From the IMG/VR virus record IMGVR_UViG_3300028228_000217: a stretch of DNA of 64,000 bases; one strand, 5' to 3'. Under the pieces are notes generated by a model that had not been told where the DNA came from, searched no databases, and saw only the letters and a program-made list of their open reading frames with translations. The translations under genes were made by a program, and so were the position numbers. Origin of the DNA: an uncultured virus (IMG/VR IMGVR_UViG_3300028228_000217) (lineage: Duplodnaviria; Heunggongvirae; Uroviricota; Caudoviricetes). Below are positions 39,285 through 48,758 of this stretch, one piece after another; position 1 is the stretch's first letter; each line of letters opens with the position of its first letter.

Positions 39285-40317
39285 TTATTATGTATCCATT
39301 TTCTTGGTTTAATCTTAATACTATATTATTCCCAGCTGCGTCTGTTCTTGTCCAAACCCACTCAGGACTTTCATCTAATAAGATAACACCAAATTCATCT
39401 CTACCTGTTTTTCTTTTATCTTTACCCTTATCAAACTCACTTCTCATTTGTAAAGCAAGTTGTTTGTTTAGTTGGTCTAAAATATCAACTAAAAAATTCT
39501 GTTCTAAGAAGTCAATGTCTAATGCTGTTGCGTATTCATCTTCTTCGGTTTCTAATAAGTCAACATCTAATTCATCAAACTTTAAGAAGTCAATATCTAA
39601 AGCAGTAGCAACACCATTTAATATCTTATCTTGTTTAATAGCATCCATTAATTTAGCAGGTCTTCTCACAATTAATAAGTTATTAATTAAATCTTCATCT
39701 AAATCTAACAATACTGGTTTTAAAGGACTACTTTCAGGTGTATCTACTTGTGTTGCCTGAAATGCCTGATTTAATATAACTTGGCCTGCGTCACTCTCAA
39801 CTGATATTTCTCCGACAAAACAATTGCCATTTGTATCACAACTTGGTAATAATATAATGGTAGATGAACCTAACTCATCAATGGTCATAGCAAAGTCTGT
39901 ACCTCTAACTGACACGGTTGCTGTAGGTGTTTTAATACTTACATTTTGTGCCGAGTTCTTTGCAATCTGACCACTTGCATATCTAACTGTACCTAAAGTT
40001 GCCTTTAAGGACAACTTACCGGTGTTAGTATTAGGGTCATAAACAAATTCATCTATGATAAGTTTAGAATGTGAAGTTACATCTACTCTAGTATCATCTA
40101 CAAATTCAATTGCAACTTGGCCTTTACCAGTCTTAACTGTGTCATAAGAGAAGACATCAAGGTTCTTTTCTACTCGAACCTCTTTTTTGTCTTCTCTTTC
40201 AATAACAGAATTACCTTTACTTAATGTAACACCACCAATAGAGTTGGCGTTACCTTTTGTTGGTAAAATCGTAAGGGTTAAGAGTATGCACCCAATTATA
40301 AAATTTAATAGTCGCAT
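39202..40317 (-). CDS. FecR-domain exported protein
   Basis: Signal peptide, DTVKTG, F.DDT, IKTPTATVSVRGTDF. Confidence 0.85.
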   Translation of the reverse strand: MRLLNFIIGCILLTLTILPTKGNANSIGGVTLSKGNSVIEREDKKEVRVEKNLDVFSYDTVKTGKGQVAIEFVDDTRVDVTSHSKLIIDEFVYDPNTNTGKLSLKATLGTVRYASGQIAKNSAQNVSIKTPTATVSVRGTDFAMTIDELGSSTIILLPSCDTNGNCFVGEISVESDAGQVILNQAFQATQVDTPESSPLKPVLLDLDEDLINNLLIVRRPAKLMDAIKQDKILNGVATALDIDFLKFDELDVDLLETEEDEYATALDIDFLEQNFLVDILDQLNKQLALQMRSEFDKGKDKRKTGRDEFGVILLDESPEWVWTRTDAAGNNIVLRLNQENGYIINVTQQDTEIRDYTLGEGSNQIYIQQNQ

Positions 40318-40361
40318 AAATTACCGTTCCTGAATATAATAAAAACAATATCAAATCCATA

Positions 40362-41051
40362 TTAATCTCTCTGTATAATACCAATAGTGTGGTTATCACC
40401 ACTAGTTGTTAAGTTTATAATGTTATCGTTTACACCCGATTGTGTAATATCAACATCAGCAATACTACCTGTGTGTGAGTGTACTAATGTATGACCGTTA
40501 ACATCACCATTTCCGTCTATGTCAATTAAGTAATTGTTAGTATCACCATCAATTGTTATAGTTAATACTGCACTTGTACCATCTATTGTTGCAGCTACTG
40601 TGTTACTGTCTGAACCTGATTGTCCTACAATATCCACATCTGCGCCAGAAGCGTCACTTGTTTCTCCTATGTCTAGGTCAATATCGTTTGATGAACCTGT
40701 GAAGTTAATTACTGCGTTTACACTTCCACAAGAAGAGTTACCACCTGTACTATCACAATTTAAATCTACATCATTTGAATCCCCAGCTAAATTAATAACA
40801 CCTGTGTATGAAGCACCATTAATTTGATAAGTAATCACATTTGAACCACCAACTTGGTCGATATTCAAATTTGTTGTAGCACCTGTAGAAGTCGAAGCTG
40901 TTCCAGATGAACCAATTGTATTATTTTGTCCGTCTTGTAATACATCTAATGTTAAGTTATCACCAGATTGTGTAACATATATATCGTTGGCACCTACTGG
41001 ACTCATAATTATAAACATAACAAACATAATATAACTTGTTATTTTTTTCAT
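40362..41051 (-). CDS. Curlin-like beta-repeat protein (long)
   Basis: Signal peptide; repeats IYVTQSGDN, VLQDGQNN, IDQVGGSN, ITQSGVNDN. Confidence 0.7.
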   Translation of the reverse strand: MKKITSYIMFVMFIIMSPVGANDIYVTQSGDNLTLDVLQDGQNNTIGSSGTASTSTGATTNLNIDQVGGSNVITYQINGASYTGVINLAGDSNDVDLNCDSTGGNSSCGSVNAVINFTGSSNDIDLDIGETSDASGADVDIVGQSGSDSNTVAATIDGTSAVLTITIDGDTNNYLIDIDGNGDVNGHTLVHSHTGSIADVDITQSGVNDNIINLTTSGDNHTIGIIQRD

Positions 41052-41069
41052 AGCTTTTTGTCCTTATAT

Positions 41070-41903
41070 CTACTCGTTATGAATAGTCTTGTTTGTTTTT
41101 TCCTTTTTAAATTTCCAAAATCCTTGTTTCTCACCTGAATTTATCAGTTCTAAAACTGCAAACTCGATAGCAGTTCTTATTGCATAATTAACAGGCTCAT
41201 TTATTGCTACACCTGTTTCTATCTCTAAAGCCTTTGTACCCATGTCTAAGAACCTGAATACATCACCGCCTGTACTGTGACTTGCAATAGTCTTAGTCAC
41301 ATTTGTTGTTAATAATATTTCACCAGATTGTACTGAAACAATCCTCATTGCAACTGTCACTTGGTCTACTCTGTATTGGTCACTAATACCAATACCAAAG
41401 TACCTTGCACCTGCACCACCTGAAGAAGTGTTACTATCGTAGCCAACAATACCACCTTCTATCAATAAACCTGCAAACAACATAGGTTTTAATACATTTT
41501 CTATCTTCGCTTCACCATCATATAAATCTCTTGTACTTCTAATCAATTGTCTTTCTTTGACTAGATTATCTAAACCGTTTCTTTCAACAACTTGAAACCA
41601 ATCACCATTTGATACTGATTTCAAAGCACTAATAACAAATGCGTCACTACCTTGTGTGACTGCTGTTGATAACTGAGAAAACTTTGTACTTGGTTTTCTT
41701 TGACCAGTTAAATCCATAAACCTATAAACTGCAATGGTAATCTTAGGTTGACCATCTAACTTAGGTATACTTTTTAATAATTCATTTGTTGGAGTTCCCT
41801 CAATGTATGGTAAATCTCCTTTAAATGTATTACTATCTTTATAGTTAGCAGCACACCCACTCAACACTAGCCCCAATATGGCAACCATTAATATTCTAAA
41901 CAC
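41070..41903 (-). CDS. csgG: Curli secretion channel CsgG
   Basis: Lipobox LSGC, AVY.F.DLTGQRKP, STAVTQG, VVER.GLDNL.KERQLIR, EGGIVGYD, GARYFGIG, NEPV. Confidence 0.95.
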   Translation of the reverse strand: MFRILMVAILGLVLSGCAANYKDSNTFKGDLPYIEGTPTNELLKSIPKLDGQPKITIAVYRFMDLTGQRKPSTKFSQLSTAVTQGSDAFVISALKSVSNGDWFQVVERNGLDNLVKERQLIRSTRDLYDGEAKIENVLKPMLFAGLLIEGGIVGYDSNTSSGGAGARYFGIGISDQYRVDQVTVAMRIVSVQSGEILLTTNVTKTIASHSTGGDVFRFLDMGTKALEIETGVAINEPVNYAIRTAIEFAVLELINSGEKQGFWKFKKEKTNKTIHNE

Positions 41904-42185
41904 TAATCTCTCCTTGCGTCTTCTTTGCCGTCTGCCCTACTAATTCTCTCTTCGTCTTGTCTTAAATTTAATGCGTCTGATATTTGTATGTCTAGTTTAA
42001 TCATATCATTGTTCATGTTCTTAACTCTGTTATCTAAACCCATAATAATACCATGCATACCTTTTACTTGACCTACTACCGACTCTAAAATGTATTTTAT
42101 AATTAGAAATATAAAAAATACCCATAACAATTGAAGCTGCGACAGGAAGACCAAACTTAGCTAATATATCTAAAAATAGGTTCAT
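41903..42185 (-). CDS. Small TM/coiled-coil protein (frameshift near 42115), paralog of 42717..42962
   Basis: MNLFLDILAKFGLPVAA.. joined to ..LDNRVKNMNNDMIKL. Confidence 0.55.
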
Positions 42186-42186
42186 A

Positions 42187-42675
42187 CTAGAATACGAAAT
42201 CTCCTATTGGTACACTCATAGTAGTAACTGTACCGTTCTCATCTGTTATTGTTAATGTAATAATCTCAGTTGTGGTATCTTTGACCCAATATATGGTCGC
42301 ACCCTCTATCTCTGAGGTACCACTTGTTGGACATGTTGTTGTTGTACTGTCACAACCTTCACCAAACATATTGTCAACCAGTTGTTTAGATAGGTTGGCA
42401 TAAATTCTACTCTCCACATTAGCAATAAACTTATTAATTGTGGTGTTCTTTGCCTCTCTTTCAGCGGCCGCAGCTACTGATTTAGCCTCATCTTCATTTG
42501 CTTTCTTTCTTTGAGATTGCAATTGGTCTATAGATAAGACATGATTCGAGTACCCATTACCACTAAAGGCTGGGTTTTTAAATTCATGTACTAAATCTGA
42601 CGCTAGTATTGATGTATTCAGGAGGGGTAATGTAAAAAGCACTACTAACACCATAGCTTTTAATGATGTTTTCAT
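42187..42675 (-). CDS. csgF: Curli assembly component CsgF
   Basis: Signal peptide then SDLVHEFKNPAFSGNG..F..N.ESRIYA.LS.QL. Confidence 0.88.
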   Translation of the reverse strand: MKTSLKAMVLVVLFTLPLLNTSILASDLVHEFKNPAFSGNGYSNHVLSIDQLQSQRKKANEDEAKSVAAAAEREAKNTTINKFIANVESRIYANLSKQLVDNMFGEGCDSTTTTCPTSGTSEIEGATIYWVKDTTTEIITLTITDENGTVTTMSVPIGDFVF

Positions 42676-42680
42676 ACGGA

Positions 42681-42688
42681 TATTTATA
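42681..42688 (-). promoter_or_regulatory. T4 late promoter TATAAATA at head of curli operon
   Basis: Exact motif 5 nt before csgF ATG. Confidence 0.75.
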
Positions 42689-42716
42689 AGAAAGAGTCAG
42701 TTAGTTGACAGAGTTC

Positions 42717-42962
42717 CTATTTTTTCTTCTTGGAATTTTCTCGGAGGGTAAGTACGGTGTTAAGTTTAGACCTTAATCTAATTAAATCATTGTCTAACAT
42801 TCTAATTCTGTCTATCAAAGCAATCAGTACACCGTTCATTTCGCCTAATTTTACTTTAATTTGTGTTGTAATATAGAGATATATAAAATAAACAAACCAA
42901 CCTAATCCAATAGCGGCCAGCGTTGCAAATCCATATCTATTTAATATGTCTACTATGTCCAT
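42717..42962 (-). CDS. Small TM/coiled-coil protein (holin-like candidate)
   Basis: Single N-terminal TM, basic C-terminus. Confidence 0.55.
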   Translation of the reverse strand: MDIVDILNRYGFATLAAIGLGWFVYFIYLYITTQIKVKLGEMNGVLIALIDRIRMLDNDLIRLRSKLNTVLTLRENSKKKK

Positions 42963-43339
42963 TACTCAGACTTTTCACTTGGCTCATAATATTCTTTATA
43001 AGAATCTAGTGTTGCACCTTGTTTGATAATGTATGCTCTTATTTGTGCAAAGTTCTTTGCTAATATTTCATAGTCATCATCTGATAGACCAAAGAGGACA
43101 GGATCCTTACCATCTTCTTTCATTTTGGCAAAGACTTCTTCAGCATTATCGGAAGTTATAATAATCCAGTTCAACTTCTCCATATTTGGAGTAGTTGGTT
43201 TCTCTAAGTTTAGAGGTACTCTTTTTACTTCCGTCTTAAATACTTCTAGTTGTTTTATACTACTACAACTAGTAAGGAATATAAGAAGGATTGGCAAGAG
43301 AAATACACTCTGAATTGATTTCAGATTTCTTCGTAGCAT
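42962..43339 (-). CDS. Lipoprotein, o-spanin candidate
   Basis: Lipobox LTSC; overlaps 3' end of upstream coiled-coil gene. Confidence 0.6.
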   Translation of the reverse strand: MLRRNLKSIQSVFLLPILLIFLTSCSSIKQLEVFKTEVKRVPLNLEKPTTPNMEKLNWIIITSDNAEEVFAKMKEDGKDPVLFGLSDDDYEILAKNFAQIRAYIIKQGATLDSYKEYYEPSEKSE

Positions 43340-43754
43340 TCTTTTCCTTTTCAGTTAACTCTGCACCCATTGATATCTCTACACAACGCTGAGCATTATC
43401 ACTAGCTTTATTAATTACTTTCTCTATAGTTTTAGTTCTTGCAATAGCAAGGTCACCAATATCTCTCTTCTTACCAGACGCATTTGTCTTATTAAACTTA
43501 TCGTCTAGTGCTGCCAGTTCTTTGTTAAGTGTATCATTAAGAGCTGTCATTTTTTTATTCTGTGTGAGTATGGTGTTGAAGTCTTTTGTTTGTTGTTGTA
43601 TCACCGCTTGTTGTGATGAAACGGCCTCTTCTAGTTTGATTGCGTTCTCTTTTAGTATTGCGTTATCAGCTTTCAGTTTATACATGTAAGCGACACCACC
43701 TGCTAAAGATGTTACCATCAAACCAACCATTACTAGTTTAGCCGTTCCAAACAT
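43269..43754 (-). CDS. TM-anchored coiled-coil protein, i-spanin candidate
   Basis: N-terminal TM, long coiled coil, two C-terminal Cys. Confidence 0.6.
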   Translation of the reverse strand: MFGTAKLVMVGLMVTSLAGGVAYMYKLKADNAILKENAIKLEEAVSSQQAVIQQQTKDFNTILTQNKKMTALNDTLNKELAALDDKFNKTNASGKKRDIGDLAIARTKTIEKVINKASDNAQRCVEISMGAELTEKEKNATKKSEINSECISLANPSYIPY

Positions 43755-43866
43755 AATTTATTTCCAGAATTTTAATTTAGATGAAACTGCCACTAAGTCT
43801 TCAAACTTCTCGTTGACATACCAACCTAATATAAAACCGATTACTAAACCTATTGTTAAAAACATA

Positions 43867-44454
43867 TTATTTGTCTCCTATTTTAGTGTTTCTTTTTCTA
43901 TGACCATTCCACGCAACAAAACCACCTATTCTTAATGACCAGTATGCTAGATAATTCATAAGATAAAAACCATTTATTTCAATGTTGATATCTCTAAAGA
44001 TTTCATCTGCTCTTTTTTGTGATATAACACCAAGTGTTTCTTTCTTACCATGTTTTAATAGTGTTTGATACTTGTAAGCATAATCATGTACAAGTCCACC
44101 TATTAAAAGTACACCAACTGGTGATAAAAATGGGTGTAAGAATTTTGGAATACTTGCACCGTCAAATTTAAAACCTTTTGGAATAACATATTTTTCTCCG
44201 TTTAAATCATAAACAAAGTCTTTTGCAATTTCCCAATGTCTAGTGCCTAACAACCACATCAAAATCATTTTAAAGAAACCTTTACCTTTTGTTCTGATTG
44301 GTATAGGTTTCATTAAAGGGAATTCACTATATGTAAATGTATAACATTTTGATTTCTTTTTATCAAAAAGATTGATAATAAATCCAATAATGATTAGTGC
44401 AATTAAAACTGACCATTGCCAAAATTTCATTGCTAATGCGATTACTATTTCCAT
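43867..44454 (-). CDS. DUF1353-like protein
   Basis: IPKGFKFDGASIP, VHDYAY, ADEIF. Confidence 0.75.
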   Translation of the reverse strand: MEIVIALAMKFWQWSVLIALIIIGFIINLFDKKKSKCYTFTYSEFPLMKPIPIRTKGKGFFKMILMWLLGTRHWEIAKDFVYDLNGEKYVIPKGFKFDGASIPKFLHPFLSPVGVLLIGGLVHDYAYKYQTLLKHGKKETLGVISQKRADEIFRDINIEINGFYLMNYLAYWSLRIGGFVAWNGHRKRNTKIGDK

Positions 44455-44461
44455 ATTTCTC

Positions 44462-44650
44462 CTATTTCTTTATAATTCCTTTTTTGACTAAGTGTCTATG
44501 TAATGGTGTTCCCTTTACATCTTTACTTGCTTTGATACTACGAACACCCTTAGGTGGAGTATCTCCTAAACTGGCAATTGGGGCTAAATGTGATACGCCA
44601 CCTTGTCTTATGCCGGTGGTACCTATGTATTCTTTAAACTTCTTCATCAA
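44462..44650 (-). CDS. Small protein with MKKFKEY N-terminus
   Basis: 62 aa, capsid-targeting-like start. Confidence 0.5.
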   Translation of the reverse strand: MMKKFKEYIGTTGIRQGGVSHLAPIASLGDTPPKGVRSIKASKDVKGTPLHRHLVKKGIIKK

Positions 44651-45011
44651 ATTGTCCAGCGTGAGGTGTGTTGTCTTGTAAAGCTTTAATAAATTTATCG
44701 TGAAATGTTTGTTTTTTTTTTACAACTTTAATTTCTTCTTTTACAATGCCACTTCTCTCATCAATCTTGTCTTCTAGTTTGTTAAGAGTTTCATTAATAC
44801 CTCTTAATACTACATTGTTGTTGTCAGAGTTTTCTTTAACATTACCACCTATCTTTTTCATAATAACTCTTTTTAAAACATCTGTAACATCTTTTTTCTT
44901 TTTACCATTTGGATTCATATCAACACCACCATGAGCGACTGCGTTTGTTGGAGCGTCTTCATCCATTTTGTTAATGATTTCATCAATCATTTCTTTATAA
45001 TGCTTTGGCAT
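44634..45011 (-). CDS. Hypothetical protein
   Basis: EDAPTNAV motif typical of T4-like late small proteins. Confidence 0.6.
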   Translation of the reverse strand: MPKHYKEMIDEIINKMDEDAPTNAVAHGGVDMNPNGKKKKDVTDVLKRVIMKKIGGNVKENSDNNNVVLRGINETLNKLEDKIDERSGIVKEEIKVVKKKQTFHDKFIKALQDNTPHAGQFDEEV

Positions 45012-45468
45012 AATTATCCTCCGATACTAGTTCGCCATCTTTTTCATATATACTCATACCAAAACAAGTCATGTATGGTTTATCATCTATCTCTGGCATT
45101 TCTCTTACTTCATTTAACATCATATTATATAAATTTTCTTCTTTGAGATATGTTATTACAGCAGACTCAATTAAATCTTTATGCTCTGCCATAGATTTAT
45201 CTTCTTTTATCAATAAAGCCAAAGCAACTCCGAATGAGCCTAATCTACTACCTAATCCTACTTTCTGTAATATTCTTTTTAAATTGAATACAAATCTATG
45301 TAACATTGTATAGTGTTTTCGGTCACTACCTTTTACTTCTTTCATTTTTCTTAATGACTTACCATCTTCGTCAATAATACCTAAATCAAAAGCCTTAAAC
45401 TTTTCAAAAGGTGTTACCAACATCTTTACGACACGGTAAGTAATTATTAAATCAATTGCTCTACTCAT
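44995..45468 (-). CDS. Conserved T4-like hypothetical protein
   Basis: LVTPFEK..AF.LGIIDEDG, HRFVFNLKRI. Confidence 0.7.
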   Translation of the reverse strand: MSRAIDLIITYRVVKMLVTPFEKFKAFDLGIIDEDGKSLRKMKEVKGSDRKHYTMLHRFVFNLKRILQKVGLGSRLGSFGVALALLIKEDKSMAEHKDLIESAVITYLKEENLYNMMLNEVREMPEIDDKPYMTCFGMSIYEKDGELVSEDNYAKAL

Positions 45469-45827
45469 AGTTTCTTTAACATTTCCTCTATGTTCTTATC
45501 TGTTTCTACATTATTTAATTCATGTGGATATAGATACTCCAGATAATTCAAACATGTTTTTAATATTGACCAATACTTTTCATCAATCTTATATAGTAAC
45601 AATGTTATTGCCACTTCAGCACTAAAAACATTTTGTAATACAACAAGGTGGTTTAAAATTAATCGTATTTTAATTTCACCTGTTACATCATACTTACGAA
45701 ATAACCTTTTAAGATATTTAAATCGTTTAATGTCATCATAGAACTCTATCTCTGTTTCTAAAGTAGGGTTATCATAATTTTGTTGAGCAAACAACAACCA
45801 ATTATCTTTGGTTATCTCTTTGAACAT
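45465..45827 (-). CDS. Conserved T4-like hypothetical protein
   Basis: YDNP..EFYDDIKRFKYLKRL..RLILNH..NVF. Confidence 0.75.
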   Translation of the reverse strand: MFKEITKDNWLLFAQQNYDNPTLETEIEFYDDIKRFKYLKRLFRKYDVTGEIKIRLILNHLVVLQNVFSAEVAITLLLYKIDEKYWSILKTCLNYLEYLYPHELNNVETDKNIEEMLKKL

Positions 45828-45834
45828 ATAAAGT

Positions 45835-46329
45835 CTATACTAATTTAGCAAAGACTTTAGACGAACCGTTTTCTAGTGTTTCAAAACTAACTTCTAGTTT
45901 TAAACCACCTTCTTTTTTATGAGATATACCATCATCATTAATATCGGAACCGTCCACATCTTTACCAAATCTTCCTCCGAACTGACTTACTTCACCCATA
46001 ACCGAACCTTTAGTACCTTCCATTGCTGGCAGTTTTACTTCTAGTCCAATTGTTTTCAGTTTGTTTGTAAGTTGTTCAACTGCAGCTGTAGGATTTAAAT
46101 ATTCCTGCATTGCAATAGAGCCAACAAACGCATTTACCATTTCTAATACCTTAGGGTCATGTATATTGTGAGCACCAATGTTACCATCTTCTACAGAGTT
46201 AACTTCAGGTGTACCAACAGACATGTCTTCGTTAACATGTTGTTTAAAAGTTTTCATCTCTTCTCCTGTTAAGTCTTCTTCGAAATCCTCCAAAGACTTT
46301 TCTTTAATATGTTGTTTTAAAGTTTTCAT
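45835..46329 (-). CDS. Hypothetical protein with duplicated MKT(L/F)KQH leader
   Basis: MKTLKQHIKE..MKTFKQHVNE. Confidence 0.65.
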   Translation of the reverse strand: MKTLKQHIKEKSLEDFEEDLTGEEMKTFKQHVNEDMSVGTPEVNSVEDGNIGAHNIHDPKVLEMVNAFVGSIAMQEYLNPTAAVEQLTNKLKTIGLEVKLPAMEGTKGSVMGEVSQFGGRFGKDVDGSDINDDGISHKKEGGLKLEVSFETLENGSSKVFAKLV

Positions 46330-46517
46330 TTTTTCTTCTTTTCGTTTGACATTTCAATGAGTTTATTTACTTGTTGAATAGCACCATTGATTGCATTTAA
46401 GTTTGCTTTCATCTGTGCCATGTCATTTGTTATTTTATTAATTTGAGAATTCATTTTATCAAAATCTGCTTGTAAAAGTTGTTTCTCTTCGTTCAATTGT
46501 TCTATTGATATAGTCAT
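46326..46517 (-). CDS. Small coiled-coil protein
   Basis: 63 aa with heptad pattern. Confidence 0.55.
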   Translation of the reverse strand: MTISIEQLNEEKQLLQADFDKMNSQINKITNDMAQMKANLNAINGAIQQVNKLIEMSNEKKKK

Positions 46518-46534
46518 AATATTTCCTTAATTTA

Positions 46535-46996
46535 TTAAGCAACTGCAAAATCGTAGCCGCCGATTACATTCCAATTTGAATTCTTAAACATCAATGTTAC
46601 TGTTTCACCAGGTGCATTTAATGTAACTGTAGTTCCACCTCTTAAATTAGAAGGTGTGATTACAATATCATTAGAACCTGCTGTTGATACATTAATAATT
46701 GTTTTAACTTGTCCATTTGCACCGTCAGCTAATGTACAAGGCGCAGCTGCTGAAGTAGCATTTACCTCAGTTACCGGATTTGTAATTTCAATTGCTGTTG
46801 ATGTTGAACCATCACCTGTGATTGCTTGTGATGTTGAATTCAATCCAATCCATGTTGGAATGTTATTAAATACATCTTCAGCTGTGATTTTTTTATTGAT
46901 TGGTGTTCCACTTGGGTCATCTACTACATGAAACAAGTCAACGCTTGCTAAACCGTCACCAAGGTCGGTTAATTGCGTGATTTTTTTATCTGCCAT
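46535..46996 (-). CDS. Probable virion structural protein
   Basis: MADKKITQLT N-terminus, beta-rich, late promoter upstream. Confidence 0.65.
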   Translation of the reverse strand: MADKKITQLTDLGDGLASVDLFHVVDDPSGTPINKKITAEDVFNNIPTWIGLNSTSQAITGDGSTSTAIEITNPVTEVNATSAAAPCTLADGANGQVKTIINVSTAGSNDIVITPSNLRGGTTVTLNAPGETVTLMFKNSNWNVIGGYDFAVA

Positions 46997-47065
46997 TTTA
47001 TTCTCCTGTTAACCCCTTATGGGGAATTCTACTGTAGGTAAATTCCTACATCACTTTGTTTATAT

Positions 47066-47073
47066 TATTTATA
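47066..47073 (-). promoter_or_regulatory. T4 late promoter TATAAATA
   Basis: Exact motif, intergenic, just after hairpin TAGAGGCG..CGCCTCTA (47078-47107). Confidence 0.75.
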
Positions 47074-47116
47074 CAAGTAGAGGCGACCCATTTCTGAGCC
47101 GCCTCTAAAAGTGTTA

Positions 47117-47398
47117 CTAAGCAGCGTTAGTTAATACTGATAGAGTTTCGTGTTGAACTCTACCTGCTCTGCCTCCAGAACCAGTAGTTTTCATGTTCCA
47201 ACCTGCATGTGCAGCTCCGTCAGCGACTTCGCCGTCTGCATAGTTGAATAGACCAATAGTTTGGCCTGTAATAAAGTTATCTGCTGTTGCGTCTTCAAAC
47301 AAATTTGTTCTATTTGTTGAATTTGTTGCTAACCTAATAGCGGCAACAGCCCATAATGGTGCTCCAGCGGCGCTATCAGCTGATGTTTGCATTGACAT
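47117..47398 (-). CDS. Probable virion structural protein
   Basis: HAGW..GSGGRAGRVQHETL motif; late promoter at 47455..47462. Confidence 0.65.
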   Translation of the reverse strand: MSMQTSADSAAGAPLWAVAAIRLATNSTNRTNLFEDATADNFITGQTIGLFNYADGEVADGAAHAGWNMKTTGSGGRAGRVQHETLSVLTNAA

Positions 47399-47454
47399 AT
47401 TATTCTCTCCCTTTTAGTTAAATAATCGGTACTCAATTCTTAATATAGTACCAC

Positions 47455-47462
47455 TATTTATA
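47455..47462 (-). promoter_or_regulatory. T4 late promoter TATAAATA
   Basis: Exact motif in intergenic DNA. Confidence 0.75.
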
Positions 47463-47472
47463 AGGAAAAGGA

Positions 47473-47958
47473 CTAGAAGCCTAGTTTTTTCAACTCGGCG
47501 ATAGTTTGAGAGGCTGTTTTGAATGTGATACCTGTACCACCTGCTCTATTAAATTCAGCAGTATTCTTTTCATAATCATCAATCAGTATAGAACCAGGCG
47601 TTGCATAGTTCTTTTTCTGACTTCTCATTACAAGATTGATTTTGTTACTAGGTATTCCAGTATTTTTCATAGCCCATTTCTTCTTGCCTGGAATGCAATT
47701 AGGGTCAAATGCATGTTCTACATATGCACTTAGAATATGTGGTTGATATTTCTTAACGAAAGAAAATAGTTTCTTTCCTTCATTCAACCATGGTCCATCA
47801 GACCAAAACTTTTTGTTTGCAATGATTGGATCCCATCTCTCTTTTCTTCCTAGTTTAGTCCATTGATTAATTGTAAGACCTGTGGTCTGTTCAATGTTCT
47901 TCACAAAGTCAAAGAGTACGCCATCCATATCGAGGTATATTCTTGGTAAATTTTTCAT
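47473..47958 (-). CDS. HAD-family 5'(3')-deoxyribonucleotidase-like phosphatase
   Basis: IYLDMDGVLFDF, K..W, ILIDD; preceded by sigma70-like TTGCCT..TATAAT. Confidence 0.85.
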   Translation of the reverse strand: MKNLPRIYLDMDGVLFDFVKNIEQTTGLTINQWTKLGRKERWDPIIANKKFWSDGPWLNEGKKLFSFVKKYQPHILSAYVEHAFDPNCIPGKKKWAMKNTGIPSNKINLVMRSQKKNYATPGSILIDDYEKNTAEFNRAGGTGITFKTASQTIAELKKLGF

Positions 47959-48041
47959 AGTGTATCCTTTTCTTTATTATGCCTTATTATAACACAATGG
48001 TACATATAAGGCAAGTAAAAAAGGTCACCTTTCTGTCGCAG

Positions 48042-48757
48042 CTAGTATTTTATTTGAGGTTTTGTATCTATTTCTGTAGGTTTTGAACCTGTCATAGTAG
48101 TTTTTCTTTTCAAGTCTTTCTCATCTTCTTCTTTATTTTTAGGTGGCACTACAGATTCAAGACCTTCTTTTTTATGGTCTTTGTCTTTCATAATAGTTCC
48201 ATCAGGCATTTTATGAGAACCTTTTGGTACATCTTTTTCTTCGTAAGACGCCGCTAATTTTTTAGGTTTAGTCTTAGGTTTCTCATCATCTTTATCGTAA
48301 GCGTCTTCTTCGTTTTTTGGATTATAGCCAGCTACTTGTAATGAATTTTTCCAATGTTCTATACTATCAACATCTTTACTAGAAATTGTATGCATTTTAC
48401 CATTTTTATCAAAAGCTTTCATAGTATATACACCAGATACTAAACTAACTTTATCTATAACATATACTTTACCTTTGACAGTAATATAATTATTAACTTT
48501 TAAAAGGTCTTTATTTTTTTGGCTTATTGTACCATTTGGTTCAGTTATTCCCTCATTTACTTCTTCGTCTTTAGCCTTGTGCATTTTGTCCAGTTTAGTA
48601 AAGAAAGCTGTCTTTTCTTTAGGTGTCATTGAACCAATACCTCTGCCTGTTTTTTCTAATTCTTTTTAAATTTATCTTGATAACCAGACTCTTGTTGAGT
48701 TGCTTTTGCTACTACTTCTTCTAGTGAACCTGGTTTGTGTGTTAAATAATCTGACAT
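48042..48757 (-). CDS. Charged hypothetical protein (frameshift near 48665)
   Basis: Starts MSDYLTHKPGSLEE at 48757; contains HKMPDGTIMK motif. Confidence 0.55.
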
Positions 48758-48758
48758 T

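Noticed and set aside
36961..42675. Bacterial contamination or chimeric join at the curli/cyclase block
   Set aside because: Same strand, similar AT-rich composition and tight packing as flanking phage genes, and it is headed by a T4 late promoter
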